A stretch of 64,000 nucleotides of DNA from Octopus sinensis (taxonomy: Eukaryota): positions 104,966,001 to 105,030,000 of the forward strand of contig NC_043003.1 of assembly GCF_006345805.1 (NCBI RefSeq), given 5' to 3'. Made by a program: the position numbers and the translations under genes. This document shows positions 49,134-62,100 of this stretch, piece after piece. The notes beneath the pieces are model-generated. The model was not told the origin of the DNA, did no database searches, and was given only the letters and a program-made list of their open reading frames with translations. How positions within the stretch are numbered: the first letter of the stretch is position 1; each line of letters begins with the position of its first letter.

Positions 49134-50907
49134 AGACACCGTGATTATAGGTCAGTAGAGTAGCTAGGCGGGAGGTGGTCACGGTTGGGGCAGTGTGCCC
49201 CGGGCGACACTTGGGGGTCTGCTGTACAAGCCTGTATAGGCTTGGGTGGGGGGTCCAAGGGGTGCGGCTAATTCAAGGGCTACCCTGTGTGGTACACACT
49301 CTAGCTATGCCTCTGACATTACAACTTCTGAATTAAGTCTTTGAATCAAAAATATTCTTTTAAGAAAAACTGTCAGAACGTTTCGAGAAAATTCAAGTTT
49401 TATCCCAACCCTTCAGCTAAGTTTCTAGAGAAAAGAAAACTAAAAGAAACTTTTATAATGTTTAGATGTCACCATCGTAGGCTTGTTTTCATCTTCTTTT
49501 GGTGACTCTATGGTTGAACTTATCCGTTAGAGGCTGGGGCTTCATAAGGCTTTTCAGGACGGTGATAAATACCAAATGCAAGCAGTAAGTGAAGTTATAA
49601 AACGTCTTATCGCAGAATAGATTCCACATCGCAGAATAAGGCGACGAGCAGGCAGAAACGTTAGCACGCCGGACGAAATGCTTAGCAGTATTTCGTCTGT
49701 CTTTACGTTCTGAGTTCAAATCTCGCCGAGCTTGTCTTTGCTTTTAAATAAGGCAGCGTGCTGGCAGAAACGTTAGCACGCCGGGCGAAATGCGTAGCTG
49801 TATTTCGTCTGCCGTTACGTTCTGAGTTTAAATTCCGCCGAGGTCGACTTTGCCTTTCATCCTTTCCGGGTCGATTAAATAAGTACCAGTTACGCACTGG
49901 GGTCGCTATAATCGACTTAATCCGTTTGTCTGTCCTTGTTTGTCCCCTCTGTGTTTAGCCCCTTGTGGGTAGTAAAGAAATAGGTATTTCGTCTGCCGCT
50001 ACGTTCTGAGTTCAAATTCCGCCGAAGTCGACTTTGCCTTTCATCCTTTCGGGGTCGATTAAATACGTACCAGTTACGCACTGGGGTCGATGTAATCGAC
50101 TTAATCCGTTTGTTTGCCTTTGTTTGTCCCCTCTGTGTGTATCCCCTTGTGGGTAGTAAAGAAATAAGATTCCACATCGCAGACCCACATTGCCATGTTA
50201 CGATCCTTGTACAAGACTGGTAAATCAATAAGTAAACTTCTTTAAACAAATTATAGTTTATGAATGAAGCTGGGGGTACTTTATCGCTTAATCAGAGGAA
50301 GATAGACAACGACCTTGACCTTTTTTTACACGGTGCCCTGCACTGTTAGGAGCGAAAGGCGGGGAGGAACCGAGATTTCTTGGTTTGCTACGCTGGGAAG
50401 CAGTGCATCGGAATATCGAATTCTTGCATCAGTGGTTTCCTGTCAGATTGCATTATCATGGTATGCGCTGACGGAGTTATCTCTGAACAGCACTCCGTCA
50501 GCACTGGTGCGCTCCTGGGTTCAGTTTTGTTCCTTGCACTCTTCTTTTTATGCACTCTTCTTTTTATCTTCCTCATCACCATCTCCATCATCATCATCAT
50601 CATCATCGTCACTATATCCATCATCATCATCATCGTCACCATATCCATCATCATCATCATCATCATCATCACCACCACCACCACCACCACCACCACCATC
50701 ACCACCACCATCATCATCATCATCACCATCTCTACCATAACCCCACTGAATATTAATTTCTTTTGTCCATAGAGCCGATTACCCTTTTTCCATGGCGTTA
50801 TAAGTGACGACCTGATAACATTGTCCTCATTCCCTGAACAGAGCACTCCATCACAGGGTTCCTCAATTTACAGCTGAGTGGACGGCGGCAACGTGAAATG
50901 AAAAGTA

Positions 50908-51705
50908 CAGTAATCCCTCGCCATATCGCGGTTTACTTATCGCGCCCTCGGTACATCGCGGATTCTTCTGGCTAATATATGCAAATTTATATTACGAACT
51001 CCTCGGTATATTACGGGTTTCCGCGGCCGATGGATATTTAGATTTTTTAGATTTTGATTAATTTTGTGGTAAAATAAGCATTTTCATACCTAAAAATTAA
51101 TTAATTAATAAAAATACGACAGAGTACTGCACTGTACAACACATTAATTAAAATCTATTAAAAGAAAACGCGTAGTGTATCGTAGACGAGTAAACAAAGA
51201 ATCGCACATACTGTACGGAAAACGGAACTCGGGAGACGAATGTGTGGTGCATTTATAATTAAAATAAATATATACAAATTATAAAAATAACAATAATAAA
51301 ATATACAATACTGTACTGATTCTAGTAAAGATTGTTTGCCAACATAACATGGCGTCCTAGCTTAGGACAAATGTTGCTGTAATTTAGCCCCAGGAGACAT
51401 CGTCTTCAGCTGGCTATACGACACGATCTGTGTCCTTATATTTTCGAACAAGGGAATCTAGTACCCCAACTCACTTCGAAAATATAAGGACACATATCGT
51501 ATCGTATAGCAACGTTTGTCCTAAACCAGGACTACCATGTTATGTTGGTAAACAATCTTTACTCCAAATTATTGTTGTTGAATATCTCACGTCGTGAGAT
51601 TTAAAAACAATAATTTTCTAGTACTGATTCTACTTCGCCGATTTTCACCTGTCGTGCGGGAGGAGGGGTTGGACCATAACACCTTCGATAGTCGAGGCAT
51701 TACTG
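50908..51705 (+). mobile_element. pogo/Tigger-type MITE (shorter tandem copies at about 59976-60181 and 60246-60486)
   Basis: TA|CAGTAATCCCTCGCCATATCG ... CGATAGTCGAGG.ATTACTG termini shared by all three copies. Confidence 0.78.
51325..51620. mobile_element. Asymmetric fold-back insertion with perfect 12-bp TSD, nested in a pogo-type MITE
   Basis: TSD gtactgattcta at 51313-51324 and 51621-51632. Arms 51325-51447 / 51476-51562. A single-arm relative lies at about 61159-61310. Confidence 0.8.
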
Positions 51706-51864
51706 TGTTTTATTCAAGATGAGGCCATTCAGCTTTTTAACAGCTCATCTAAGAGAAGGTAACTCCATACAAATCTCACGTCCTGATAACTACTTGGCTT
51801 GTGACACTTATTGTATCAGGTCAAGACAAGTCTGAAGGGCGAAGGAATGGCTCTGCACAAGACA

Positions 51865-52166
51865 TCTATATATATAAAAGAAAAGTTGTGTGCTGTCTGT
51901 CTCCTACGATTTAGATTCCTAACTACTCCCACATTTTGCGGTGCAGTTTAACCAAAACCGGGTATCTTATAGTCGTGATTCATATCGAGCCCTTCTGGTA
52001 TTAGCGCGCGTCTACGATGAGTCTACGATTAAAAAAAAAAATTACCATAATTTTTTTCCATTTTTAATGCATTTTTTTTGCTATTATATAAGGGAAGTAA
52101 CTCTCTAAAAATGCTTATATAGTTATTTCCCTTACAAACCCGAGCAACGCCGGACGATACTGCTAG
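51865..52166 (+). mobile_element. Non-autonomous Helitron
   Basis: A|TCTATATATATAAA 5' end, subterminal hairpin cccgagcaacgccgg, 3' CTAG|T, AT target, no TSD. Confidence 0.8.
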
Positions 52167-53129
52167 TACTCACTAAAATGATAAACCCCCGGTATCTTGT
52201 GGGGTAATTTATGGAACGTTTAAAAATGGCTAAGCGGATAAACCCTAACAGAAAATCAGGACCCTAGGGCAGATATATAAAGTAATACTTAACTAATATT
52301 AGGCACCCCCCGCCCCTGTGGATATATGGATTCTGCAAACATATTGAGTTGTCTTTCCTTTGTAATGTATCTATGAGTGGAGAAGTGTTGTGTGTTTGGA
52401 GGCAAAGTAGTTGCTTCTGGAAACAGCTCAGGCACAACGTAGTTTGTTAAGTTAGTGTCTCTGCCATACCATTGGCCAATGGCGAAAAAGGACTAACAAA
52501 TCATTTTTTATTCCGTATAAATCCAATCCCTTGCGTTTAAGTACGAAATTAGTAGCCCTATACGGATGTTAATCATATCTCACGAGGAGTGTCGGCAAAC
52601 CGCAAATATGTACAACAGTTAAAACGAGAGACAAATCTTAACCTCCTTTCCTAAAAAAATGTTTCATAACAAATTAATCTTTGATATCAGCTCAGATAGA
52701 TATATATACATATATATATATATATATTTCGTACAAATTTCAGGGTTGCTAAGCATAATAAAAAAAAGGTCACAATTTAGTATTTCCTACCAGGAATTAA
52801 TGGAATTAATAAGTCATTAGTAATTTTACAGCCACTGTGATATCCATCTGGTTTTTATTCTTACGTAAGAAACAAAATTCCTGGAATAAACTAATCACCG
52901 AATTTAGATTGGTCAGTTCAATATAACTGTCTTTCTTCTACAAAAGCTCTTTTATGCCTATCCTAAAACCTTTCCCTATACAAAAACTGAAGGACTGCTA
53001 TAATAAGTGTGTGAATCTGAGAGAGGAATATGTTGAATAAAATCATAGCTGATCCTCCTGTATTGTCTTTTACCCAAACCCAGGAACTTTTCAGCACCCC
53101 ATCGTGTGCGTGTGTGTGTGTGTGTGTGT

Positions 53130-53173
<44 letters not shown>

Positions 53174-53524
53174 GTGTGTGTGTGTTGTGTGTGTGTGTGT
53201 GTGATTATCCAATTTCTTGCCAATACAGAAAGAACCGGTTTCTAACCAAGATCCAAGGTTCCTTCATTTGAATTTCAACATCAACAACAGGGTATTTTTG
53301 TATGTATGTATGTATGTATGTATGTATGTATGTATGTATATATGTCTCATTTTAGTGGTTGTATAACTCGAAGTGGATAAAGCTATAAATAATGTGAAAT
53401 ACTGGGATTAAAACGCCTTTGGAAAGAAAACATCGAAGTTTGTTTGTAGGTTTTATCTACTTCGAGTTAAACCGTTAAAGTGGAACTATTCGCGTTCTCT
53501 CGAAATTTCTAATCCTTGTGACGT

Positions 53525-53584
<60 letters not shown>

Positions 53585-53588
<4 letters not shown>

Positions 53589-53931
53589 TCATTTAGGGTA
53601 GCAAAAAATTCAGTAAAAATTTATCGCTACCAGCGGCCTGGTGGAAAAGAGAATAGTCAAAGACTAAATATATAAATATAACAATTTAGGAATGGCCTAA
53701 CAGGCCTCTCCCAGGTTTTTTACTGATGAGTGTGACCCATGGTAGACTAGCTTAATTTAATTTAATTAAGCGGTCTATCATTAAAGACACTGAAACGATG
53801 CATCGTATAAAGATTATTAGGGTAAATGTTTTTAAATTTTCACCTTATTTCCGAATTACACTACTTGGCGGTTGGAGTTCTGGCTGCTCTTTCTGGTGGA
53901 CGAATGGCCTGTTTAGGCCATTCCTAAATTG

Positions 53932-53935
<4 letters not shown>
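53585..53935. mobile_element. HHR-containing element between (TA)n tracts with a 28-bp inverted repeat
   Basis: acaatttaggaatggcctaacaggcc (53681-53706) vs ggcctgtttaggccattcctaaattgt (53906-53932). Confidence 0.7.
53719..53811 (+). ncRNA. Type I hammerhead ribozyme with long stem II
   Basis: UUUA-CUGAUGA-GUGU..AUGGUAGAC..GCUUAAUU/AAUUAAGC..GUCUAUCAU..ACAC-u-GAAAC-GAUGCAUC-GUA-UAAA. 12-nt palindrome ACGAUGCAUCGU. Confidence 0.85.
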
Positions 53936-53965
<30 letters not shown>

Positions 53966-54148
53966 ATATATATATATATATATTATATATATATATATTA
54001 TATATATATATATATATGATATATAGCCAGCCTGATGATCGGGAATGTGAAATTCAAATAATTGGATAATATTAGGTGCTACTCGCCATAATCATAAATA
54101 ACACTTTCTTCTTGGCATTGTGATTTTTTTTTGTCCTTCTTCTGGTCC

Positions 54149-54179
<31 letters not shown>

Positions 54180-54875
54180 CATACATACATACATAACACA
54201 CCACCACACATTAATATATATATATATCTATATATATATATATAATATATATATTATATTATATTCTTTAGTCAAACTGCCTTTAGTCAAACAAATTGAC
54301 CACAGGACTATTTTCTTTGTAAGCTTAGTACTTATTCTATCAGTCACTTGTGCCGAACCAATAAGTTACGGGGACATAAACACACCAACATCGGTTGTCA
54401 AGCGATGGCAGGAATGGACAAACACAGGCTCAGACACAGAGACATATATATACGACGGGCTTCTTTCAGTTTCCGTCTACCAAATCCACTCACTTGGTTT
54501 TGGTCGGCCTGAGGCTTAGCAGAAGGCACTTGTCACGCAGTGGGACTGAACCCTGTACCATATGGTTGGGAAGCAAGCTTCTTACCACACAGCCACGCCA
54601 GCGCCTTTATAGCTTTATATAGAGAGAGGCAAGTCAAAAATGATAAACCGGAGAAAGCAGCAAAAGTGAATTTGACGAACACAGTGAATGTATTGGATCG
54701 ACGTTCAGTGAAAGGTGTAGCTGGAGAAAGAGGAGTGGGAATGATGTTTCATGCATGGCTCTTCGTCAGGGAGAGGAAAACGCTCAGGGAAGAGGAAAAA
54801 GGGGGAAGGAGCAGGTAGTCCGAAAGAAGTGCATACGCGCACACACATACATACGTACATACATACATACATACA

Positions 54876-54923
<48 letters not shown>

Positions 54924-56788
54924 CACACACGCATATACTCACATACGTACATACATACACACACATACATAATTGCATACGTACATACACACGCAAGCAT
55001 ACACTCATACATACATACATGCATGCATGCTTACATACATACATACATACATACATGCACACATGCATACATACATACATACATGCACACATGCATACAT
55101 GCATACATACATGCATACATGCATACACACATACATACAAACATACATACATGCATACACACATTCATACATACATGCATACATGTTAAAACTCTCTTTT
55201 AGAAAGCAACCATTTATCAAACCAAGCAATGATAATCACACGCACAAACATTTCAAGTTCAAACAGACGCCATCATTTTCGAAAGATTTATTTCTAGAAA
55301 TAAAATCATGATATTTGGTGCGTTTCGTGGGCATTCGTAATGCAGAGTATAATGATGTGGCCCGTTTGGGCCTCATATTAACGAATAGTATCCGCAATGA
55401 CAAAACCGTATAACGAGGGCTGTCTATTTACTTTTAGGGCGTCTGTGTATTGTTGTTATTCGTTGGAATCAGAAAATTTAATTTTAAGGAAAAAGCGCAA
55501 ACTTTATTTTCATTTTTTTCTTATCGGATCAACTTTATAAGCCAAATGTAAACTATGAAATCTTCCCAACAGAAATGCCACCGCAAGAGATTAGCGACAT
55601 ATTCAAGGACTTGTTTCATGGCTGTGGTGTATGAAATTTATAATATTTCCGTTTAAACACACACACACATACATACACACACATTTATACATGTATTTGC
55701 ACCCTAAACCGAAGTCGGTTTGTTTACCTTCTCATAACATAGTGTCTGAATTCTAATGCAAAAAAACCCCCCCAAAAAACCAAAAAAAAAAAAAACAAAC
55801 AACATGTTTCTGGAGGTTGGAGGCCAGTTTTTCTCTGTTAGAGAGAAATTTGCAAAACAGAACAAGAAGAATGTACATACTTGTGAAAATACGAACATTC
55901 AGAGAGGGAAAATATTCTTAGAAATAATATCAGAGCGGAAATAAATAAAATGACTATATTTTGTGCCTGAGGTACAAAAGGACTTAAAAACGTGATCCCT
56001 TTAAGAATCGTTTCGTCACAACCAATCAGAAAAACCAATAAGTACCTGAGCTTAATAGAAATGATTTGGTTAATTCCCTGTGGCGAATCTGGCGGAAGAT
56101 ATCTTGGAGATTAAAGTTTCGATATGACATGAAGGGAAGAAGATCGGAAATACAATTCAAGCAGAAGATATCGTTGACATGATCTGGTTTAATGGAATCA
56201 AAACATCAATCCTCAACAATTTGATGAAATGTTACAGCAACGGCAACGACGGGCAGAGCTTGGCTCTCTTTTCTCTTCTCTACACTTTTAATCTTTTCTT
56301 TTTATTATTATCGTCTGTTTTTTTCTTCCTCGCTTGTTTCAATCATGGAACTGCAGCCGTACTGAAGCACCATCTTGGAGGGTTTTAATCGAACAAATCA
56401 AACCCAGAACTTTGTTTTTCTTTGTTTGTTTTAATCTGCTGCTTATTTTATCGATCTCTTTGCCGGAACGTAAGATTACAAGGGACGCAAAGAAACTAAC
56501 AAACGCGCACACGCACACATGTACGATGGATTCCCACAATTCCGTCTACCAAATTCCCACACTGTGTCAGAAGACACTCGCCTAACATGTGGCGGAGTGG
56601 AACTGAATCCGAAACCAGGTGATTGGGAATCAACCTTCTTAACCAGACAGCCTTGAACATTTTACAAATACGTATTCATGCATAAACATACTTATAATCT
56701 TCATATAGTTTATTATTAATTCTCGTGTGTGTGTGTGTACGTGTGTGTGTACGTGTGTGTATATATATATATATATAAAGATGTAAAG

Positions 56789-57160
56789 GTGGGGGAGCTG
56801 GCAGAATCGTTAGCACGCCGGGCGAAATGCTTAGCGGTATTTCGTCTGCCGCTACGTTCTGAGTTCAAATTCCGCCGAGGTCGACTTTGCCTTTCATCCT
56901 TTCGGGGTCGATTAAATAAGTACCAGTTATGCACTGAGGTCGATATAATCGACTTAATCCGTTTGTCTGTCCTTGTTTGTCCTCTCTGTGTTTAGCCCCT
57001 TGTGGGTAGTAAAGAAATAGGTATTTCGTCCGTCTTTACGTTCTGGGTTCAAATTCTGCCGGGGTCGATAAATTAAGTACCAGTTGCTTATTGGGGTCAA
57101 TCTAATCGACTGGCCCCATCTCCCCAAAATTTTCGGGCCTTGTGTCAAGAGTAGAAAAGA
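56789..57160 (+). mobile_element. SINE family B (other copies, approximate: 35075-35305 +, 49640-50165 +, 40482-40708 -, 43515-43873 -, 47600-47976 -, 59512-59908 -)
   Basis: Head GAGCTGGCAGAATCGTTAGCACGCCGG...GAGTTCAAATTCCGCCGAGGTCGAC. Multi-copy and often concatenated. Confidence 0.85.
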
Positions 57161-57249
57161 ATATATATATTTCAAAATGTGACCGCGTGTGTACCGTTGG
57201 CGATTTTTTTCCCTCTGTTTTCCCTTCTCTGGATCTTTCCTTCTCCTAT

Positions 57250-57284
57250 GTTTCTGACGAAGAGCTCCGCTCGAAACGTTAAAC
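57250..57284 (+). ncRNA. Minimal hammerhead ribozyme motif (35 nt)
   Basis: GUUU-CUGACGA-a-GAGC(ucc)GCUC-GAAAC-GUU-AAAC, inside a PLE-3'-like fragment at about 57170-57382 flanked by (TA)n. Confidence 0.78.
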
Positions 57285-57385
57285 CCTCCTTCTTTCCTGC
57301 TTTCCTGAGCGTCCAATAATACTATATTTGTTCCACGTCCTCGCGTTGTTGTGTTTTTTTGTTCTTTCTTGTTTCGATTAACTAT

Positions 57386-57465
<80 letters not shown>

Positions 57466-57636
57466 GTAGATGTAGAATTAATATATTTGTATGATATAAC
57501 GATTTTGAATTTTTTATAAAAACAATACAAATAAATTATAAGTTGTAAAACTCTTAAAGAAATGGCAGATGCCAAAAACCTACATATGTTTCGATTCACG
57601 CCCTTAGGTGATACGTAATTCTAAGCATTGGTATAT

Positions 57637-57670
<34 letters not shown>

Positions 57671-57703
57671 ATATATATATATATAATATATATATATGTA
57701 TAT

Positions 57704-57736
<33 letters not shown>

Positions 57737-57988
57737 TATGTATATATGTATATATATATATGTATATATATATATATAGTTGGAATTTACAAAAAAAAAA
57801 GACGAAGACAGGTGTGTGAACAATAAACAGGTGTATTAGTTTAACGCTCAAGAAGGTGAGAAAGTCTTTTACGTTTCGAGCCTACGCTCTTCAACAGACA
57901 GGAACACGAGAAAATAAACAGAGAGAATAAAAAAGCTATAGTGGCCAGCGGTCAATCATGGTATATAAATAAATAAATAAATACCTAC

Positions 57989-58058
<70 letters not shown>

Positions 58059-58891
58059 GTAGGTAGCTTATTACCTAAAGGCAAATTTATAAACGTCACT
58101 AAAGTGATAACGGTACAAAGTGGTACGAGCATTGCAAGAAATAAGAGTCAAAACGACTCATTAGCCACAAAAGGCATTAACTTGATAAGTTAGTGGGACA
58201 AAGGTTCCTACTGAAGAAACAGGCATATCCCTATCACATAATTTCGAAGTCTATTGCATAGCATCTCAGTTCTCGTCAGTGGATCTTACCAACCTCAATA
58301 AAATAATACATGAGACGATATTTTCCACTGTTAAATTCTGACCATTTGCTACATTAACTGCCAAATTTTTTTATTCATATTCTTCGTCTTTGCCAGGTGT
58401 CTTAGGAGTTTAAATAATATATAGTATTTAAATTTTCTTTATATGTGAATTATTTTGGAAATTATGAATTTTTCGGAAAGTCCCAAATGGGGACCACTGA
58501 AAAAGAGCATATTTGTCCTTTTCTATTCAATTGCAATAATAAACATATTAGGTTGTTTTTGTTTTTTTATGAAACTATAGAATCAAATGCGAATGCGTAT
58601 GAAATATCAATTAATGATATCGAAGGGAGATGCAAAAAAAAAAAATGTTTTCAAAGCAGTCAATATTTTTATAGTTCAAAAATTGCGATTTATGACATAA
58701 AATGTCCTCTAGAATTAGCCAGAGCTAATAATGACAAACTTTAACTACTAAATATTGTTAAACACACCTCTGCAAATGCAATGAGCATAAGCAATTCACT
58801 TTAAATACAACGAACAATCGGCAGTGAGACTGTTTTTAGCAGATCCCCAAATGGGGCTCATGGCAGGCAATGGGTTAATAAACGTTGTGAA

Positions 58892-59190
58892 GAAGCGTGG
58901 CTCAGTGGTTAGAGGTATTCGGCTCACGATCGTAAGGTCGCGAGTTCGATTCCCGGCAGCGTATTGTGTCCTTGAGCAAGACACTTTATTTCACGTTGCC
59001 CCAGTCCACTCGGCTGGCAAAAATGTGTTGTACTTCTATTTGAAAAAGGCCGACCTTATCACATTCTTTGTTCTGCTAAATCTCCAATCTATGGAGAGCT
59101 CAGTCCCTTGCACACTAATTTCACGAGCAGGCTGGTCTATTGATCGGATCAAATGGAACACTCGTCGTCGCAACCGACGGAAAACCAGAT
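58892..59190 (+). mobile_element. tRNA-derived SINE family C (related heads at about 36320, 60672, and 20190-20270 -)
   Basis: TGGCTCAGTGGTTAGA...GAGTTCGATTCCCGG followed by a non-tRNA body TGTGTCCTTGAGCAAGACAC. Confidence 0.75.
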
Positions 59191-62100
59191 TACATTAATT
59201 AGTCTAAGAGCAAGCAGAAACTAAGAGGAGACTCGTGTCTTTTGCTATTGTTTGCTGTTTTAGTAATAAATGATGTTCGTCATGGCAACATCGGAATTCA
59301 TTTCCGTCACCAGACTTCGTCACCGCATTTTTTTCGTTGTTGCAATTTGATTAGGAATTATAAACCGATAACATCTCTTTGACCTCTTGGTATTTTTTCG
59401 CTTTTTATACGTCAACTTCAAAATAATGCAAAATGATTTTTATCAAATGCTGCTCCGGACACTTTTTACGGTTTTGTCTTATACGAAGAGCTTACTTTCA
59501 AAACCAGATTTATATTTCTTTACTACCCACAAGAGCCTAACACAGAGGGGACAAACAAGGACAGAAAAATGCATTAAGTCGATTATATCGACCCCAGTGC
59601 GTAACTGGTACTTATTTAATCGACCCGGAAAGGATGAAAGGCAAAATCGACCTTGGCGGAATTTGAACTCAGAACGTAGCGGCAGACGAAATACCTATTT
59701 CTTTACTACCCACAAGGGGCTAAACACAGAGAGGACGAACAAGGACAGACAATCGACCCCAGTGCGTAACTGGTACTTAATTTATCGACCCCGAAAGGGC
59801 GAAAGGCAAAGTCGACCTCGGCGGAATTTGAACTCAGAACGTCACGGCAGACGAAATACGGCTACGCATTTCGCCCGGCGTGCTAACGATTCTGCCAGCT
59901 CGTCGCCTTTTCAAATCCAGATATATGCAACAGAATGTCTTTTGAGCAATTTTTTAAAACAACGACTTAAATAAACAGTAATCTCTCGCCATATTGCGGT
60001 TCACCTATCGCACATTCAGTACATCGCGGGTTTTCTGGCTAATATATGTAAATTTATATCGTGGACTTCTCAGTATATCACAAGTTTCTGCAGCTGATAG
60101 ATATTTATATTTTTTTTAGATTTTTATTATTTCTGTGGGAGGTTTTGGAACGTAACACCCGTGATAGTCAAGGGATTACAGTATTTGATTTTGATTGGAA
60201 TACTAAAACTTTTGAGTAGTTGTTTAAAACAACAACTTGAATATACAGTTATCCCTCGCCATATCGCGGTTCACCAATCGCACACTCACTACATCGCGGT
60301 TCACCTATCGCACACTTAATACATTGCGGATTTTTCTGGTTAATACATGTAAATTTATATCGCGGACTTCTCAGTATATCGCGGGTTTCTGCGGCCGATA
60401 GGTATTTATATTTCTTTTTGTAGATTTTAATTATTTAAGTGGGAGGTTTTGGAACGTAACACCCGCGATAGTCGAGGGATCACTGTATCTTGTTTGGATT
60501 GGAAGACTAAGATTCGCCTCCAGTCTGCATGGCATTCATCCTAGTTTGACTGGAAAGAATTCCACGTGTGTGAAGCCAGCAGCTGCCAGATTGTATTTTA
60601 ATGGTTATCATGGAATCGATCAAATATGCTCTTGTACCGGTTTTGAAGAATATATTATATTCTTCAGTGAAGGCGCATGGCTTATTGGTTAGAGGTATTC
60701 AGCTCGCGATTATGAGTTCGAACCCTGGCGATGCTCTGTGTCCTTCAGCAAGACACTTTATTTCACGCTGCAATTTTATTAGGAATTTTGAAGGTATAAC
60801 AATCCTTTGACCTCTTGGGATTGGTTTGCTTTTTATACGTAAACTTCAAAATAATGTAAAATGTAAATAAAAAAAAATTAAATAAATAAATATAAGGAAA
60901 TTGAACCGATGAGTGTGTTAATTAATAAATCATTAAAACAGAATGACCCCAGACACAACAAAATATGTTTCAACACACGAATTCACATAAAGAATCTTGC
61001 AAACCAAATCCAAAATCGAAATGCAAAATGATTTTTATCAAATGTTGGTCCTGAACACTTTTTATGGTTTTGAATTATTCATTCCTCAGTTGGTTCATTC
61101 ATGAAAATCTGCTCAAGATATTCTCTTTGAAATAGAGTTCACTAATGTCTTTTACTTGTAGTGAAGATTGTTTGCCAACATAATATGACAGTCCTAGTTT
61201 AGAACGAATGTTGCTGTTATTTATCCCCAGGAAACATTGTCTCCAGCTGGCTATACGACACGATCTGTGTCCTCATATTTTCAAACAAGGGAATCTAGCA
61301 CCCAACTCAGCTCAAAACAATATCTGGGTATCGCGATTTCCGGGTTATTTCTCTTCATCAGCACATCTTTTACTTGTTTCGCGCATTTGACGGTGGCCAT
61401 GCTGGAGCACCGCCTTGAAGAATTTTAGTCGAATGAATTGACCCCAGGACTTATTTCTTTTTTAAGTCTGCTACTTATTCTATCGGTCTCTTTTGCTGAA
61501 CCATTAAGTTAAGGGGACGTAAACACACCAACACCGATTTCCAAGCGGTGGTGCGGGACAAACACAGACACAAAGACACATAGACACACACACACACATA
61601 TATATATAGCGAATCTGGAACTTAACTACGAACTGTCTATAGCACTTATTCAGCATTACCTGACACCTTTGGGTCTCAATGACACCATTATCTTTTATAT
61701 ATATATATATCGTTGCTATTATGCAAAAGTGTCGTAAGTCCAAAACGTTGCTTTTCAGAAAACGGAGAAATAGTTTCACGATTCCATAGCAAAACTGTTG
61801 TACGACACTTTGGCAAATTTTGATATCTTGGCATCTGAAGCAGCTGGAAATACGATAGTTTGATTAAAAGAACCGGCTATTGCAAGCAAAAATAAATATT
61901 GATAAAAACGCATTCAGCCAAATTTGGAGATACGACAGTTTTACATAATAGCAACAATATATATCAACCAAATCCGCTTTGGTTGGTTTGAGGCTATAGT
62001 AGAAGACACTTGCAACGACTTGCATAATTATGTAGAAATAAATACCCCATTTCACCGACTTTTCAAGGATAACGACATCAAAACCAACTTTACTTTGATA

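Noticed and set aside
49153-49315. Possible hAT MITE (cagtagagtagctag / ctagctatgcctctg)
   Set aside because: Degenerate TIR and no TSD found. Too weak to list.
50315-50846. Poly-His, poly-Ser/Pro and poly-Met ORFs (also 29149-30040)
   Set aside because: Trinucleotide repeats open in several frames on both strands, with no domain or splice support.
58892-58970. Possible tRNA genes (also 14164, 36320, 48718, 60672)
   Set aside because: No complete acceptor stem, and each continues into a multi-copy SINE body.
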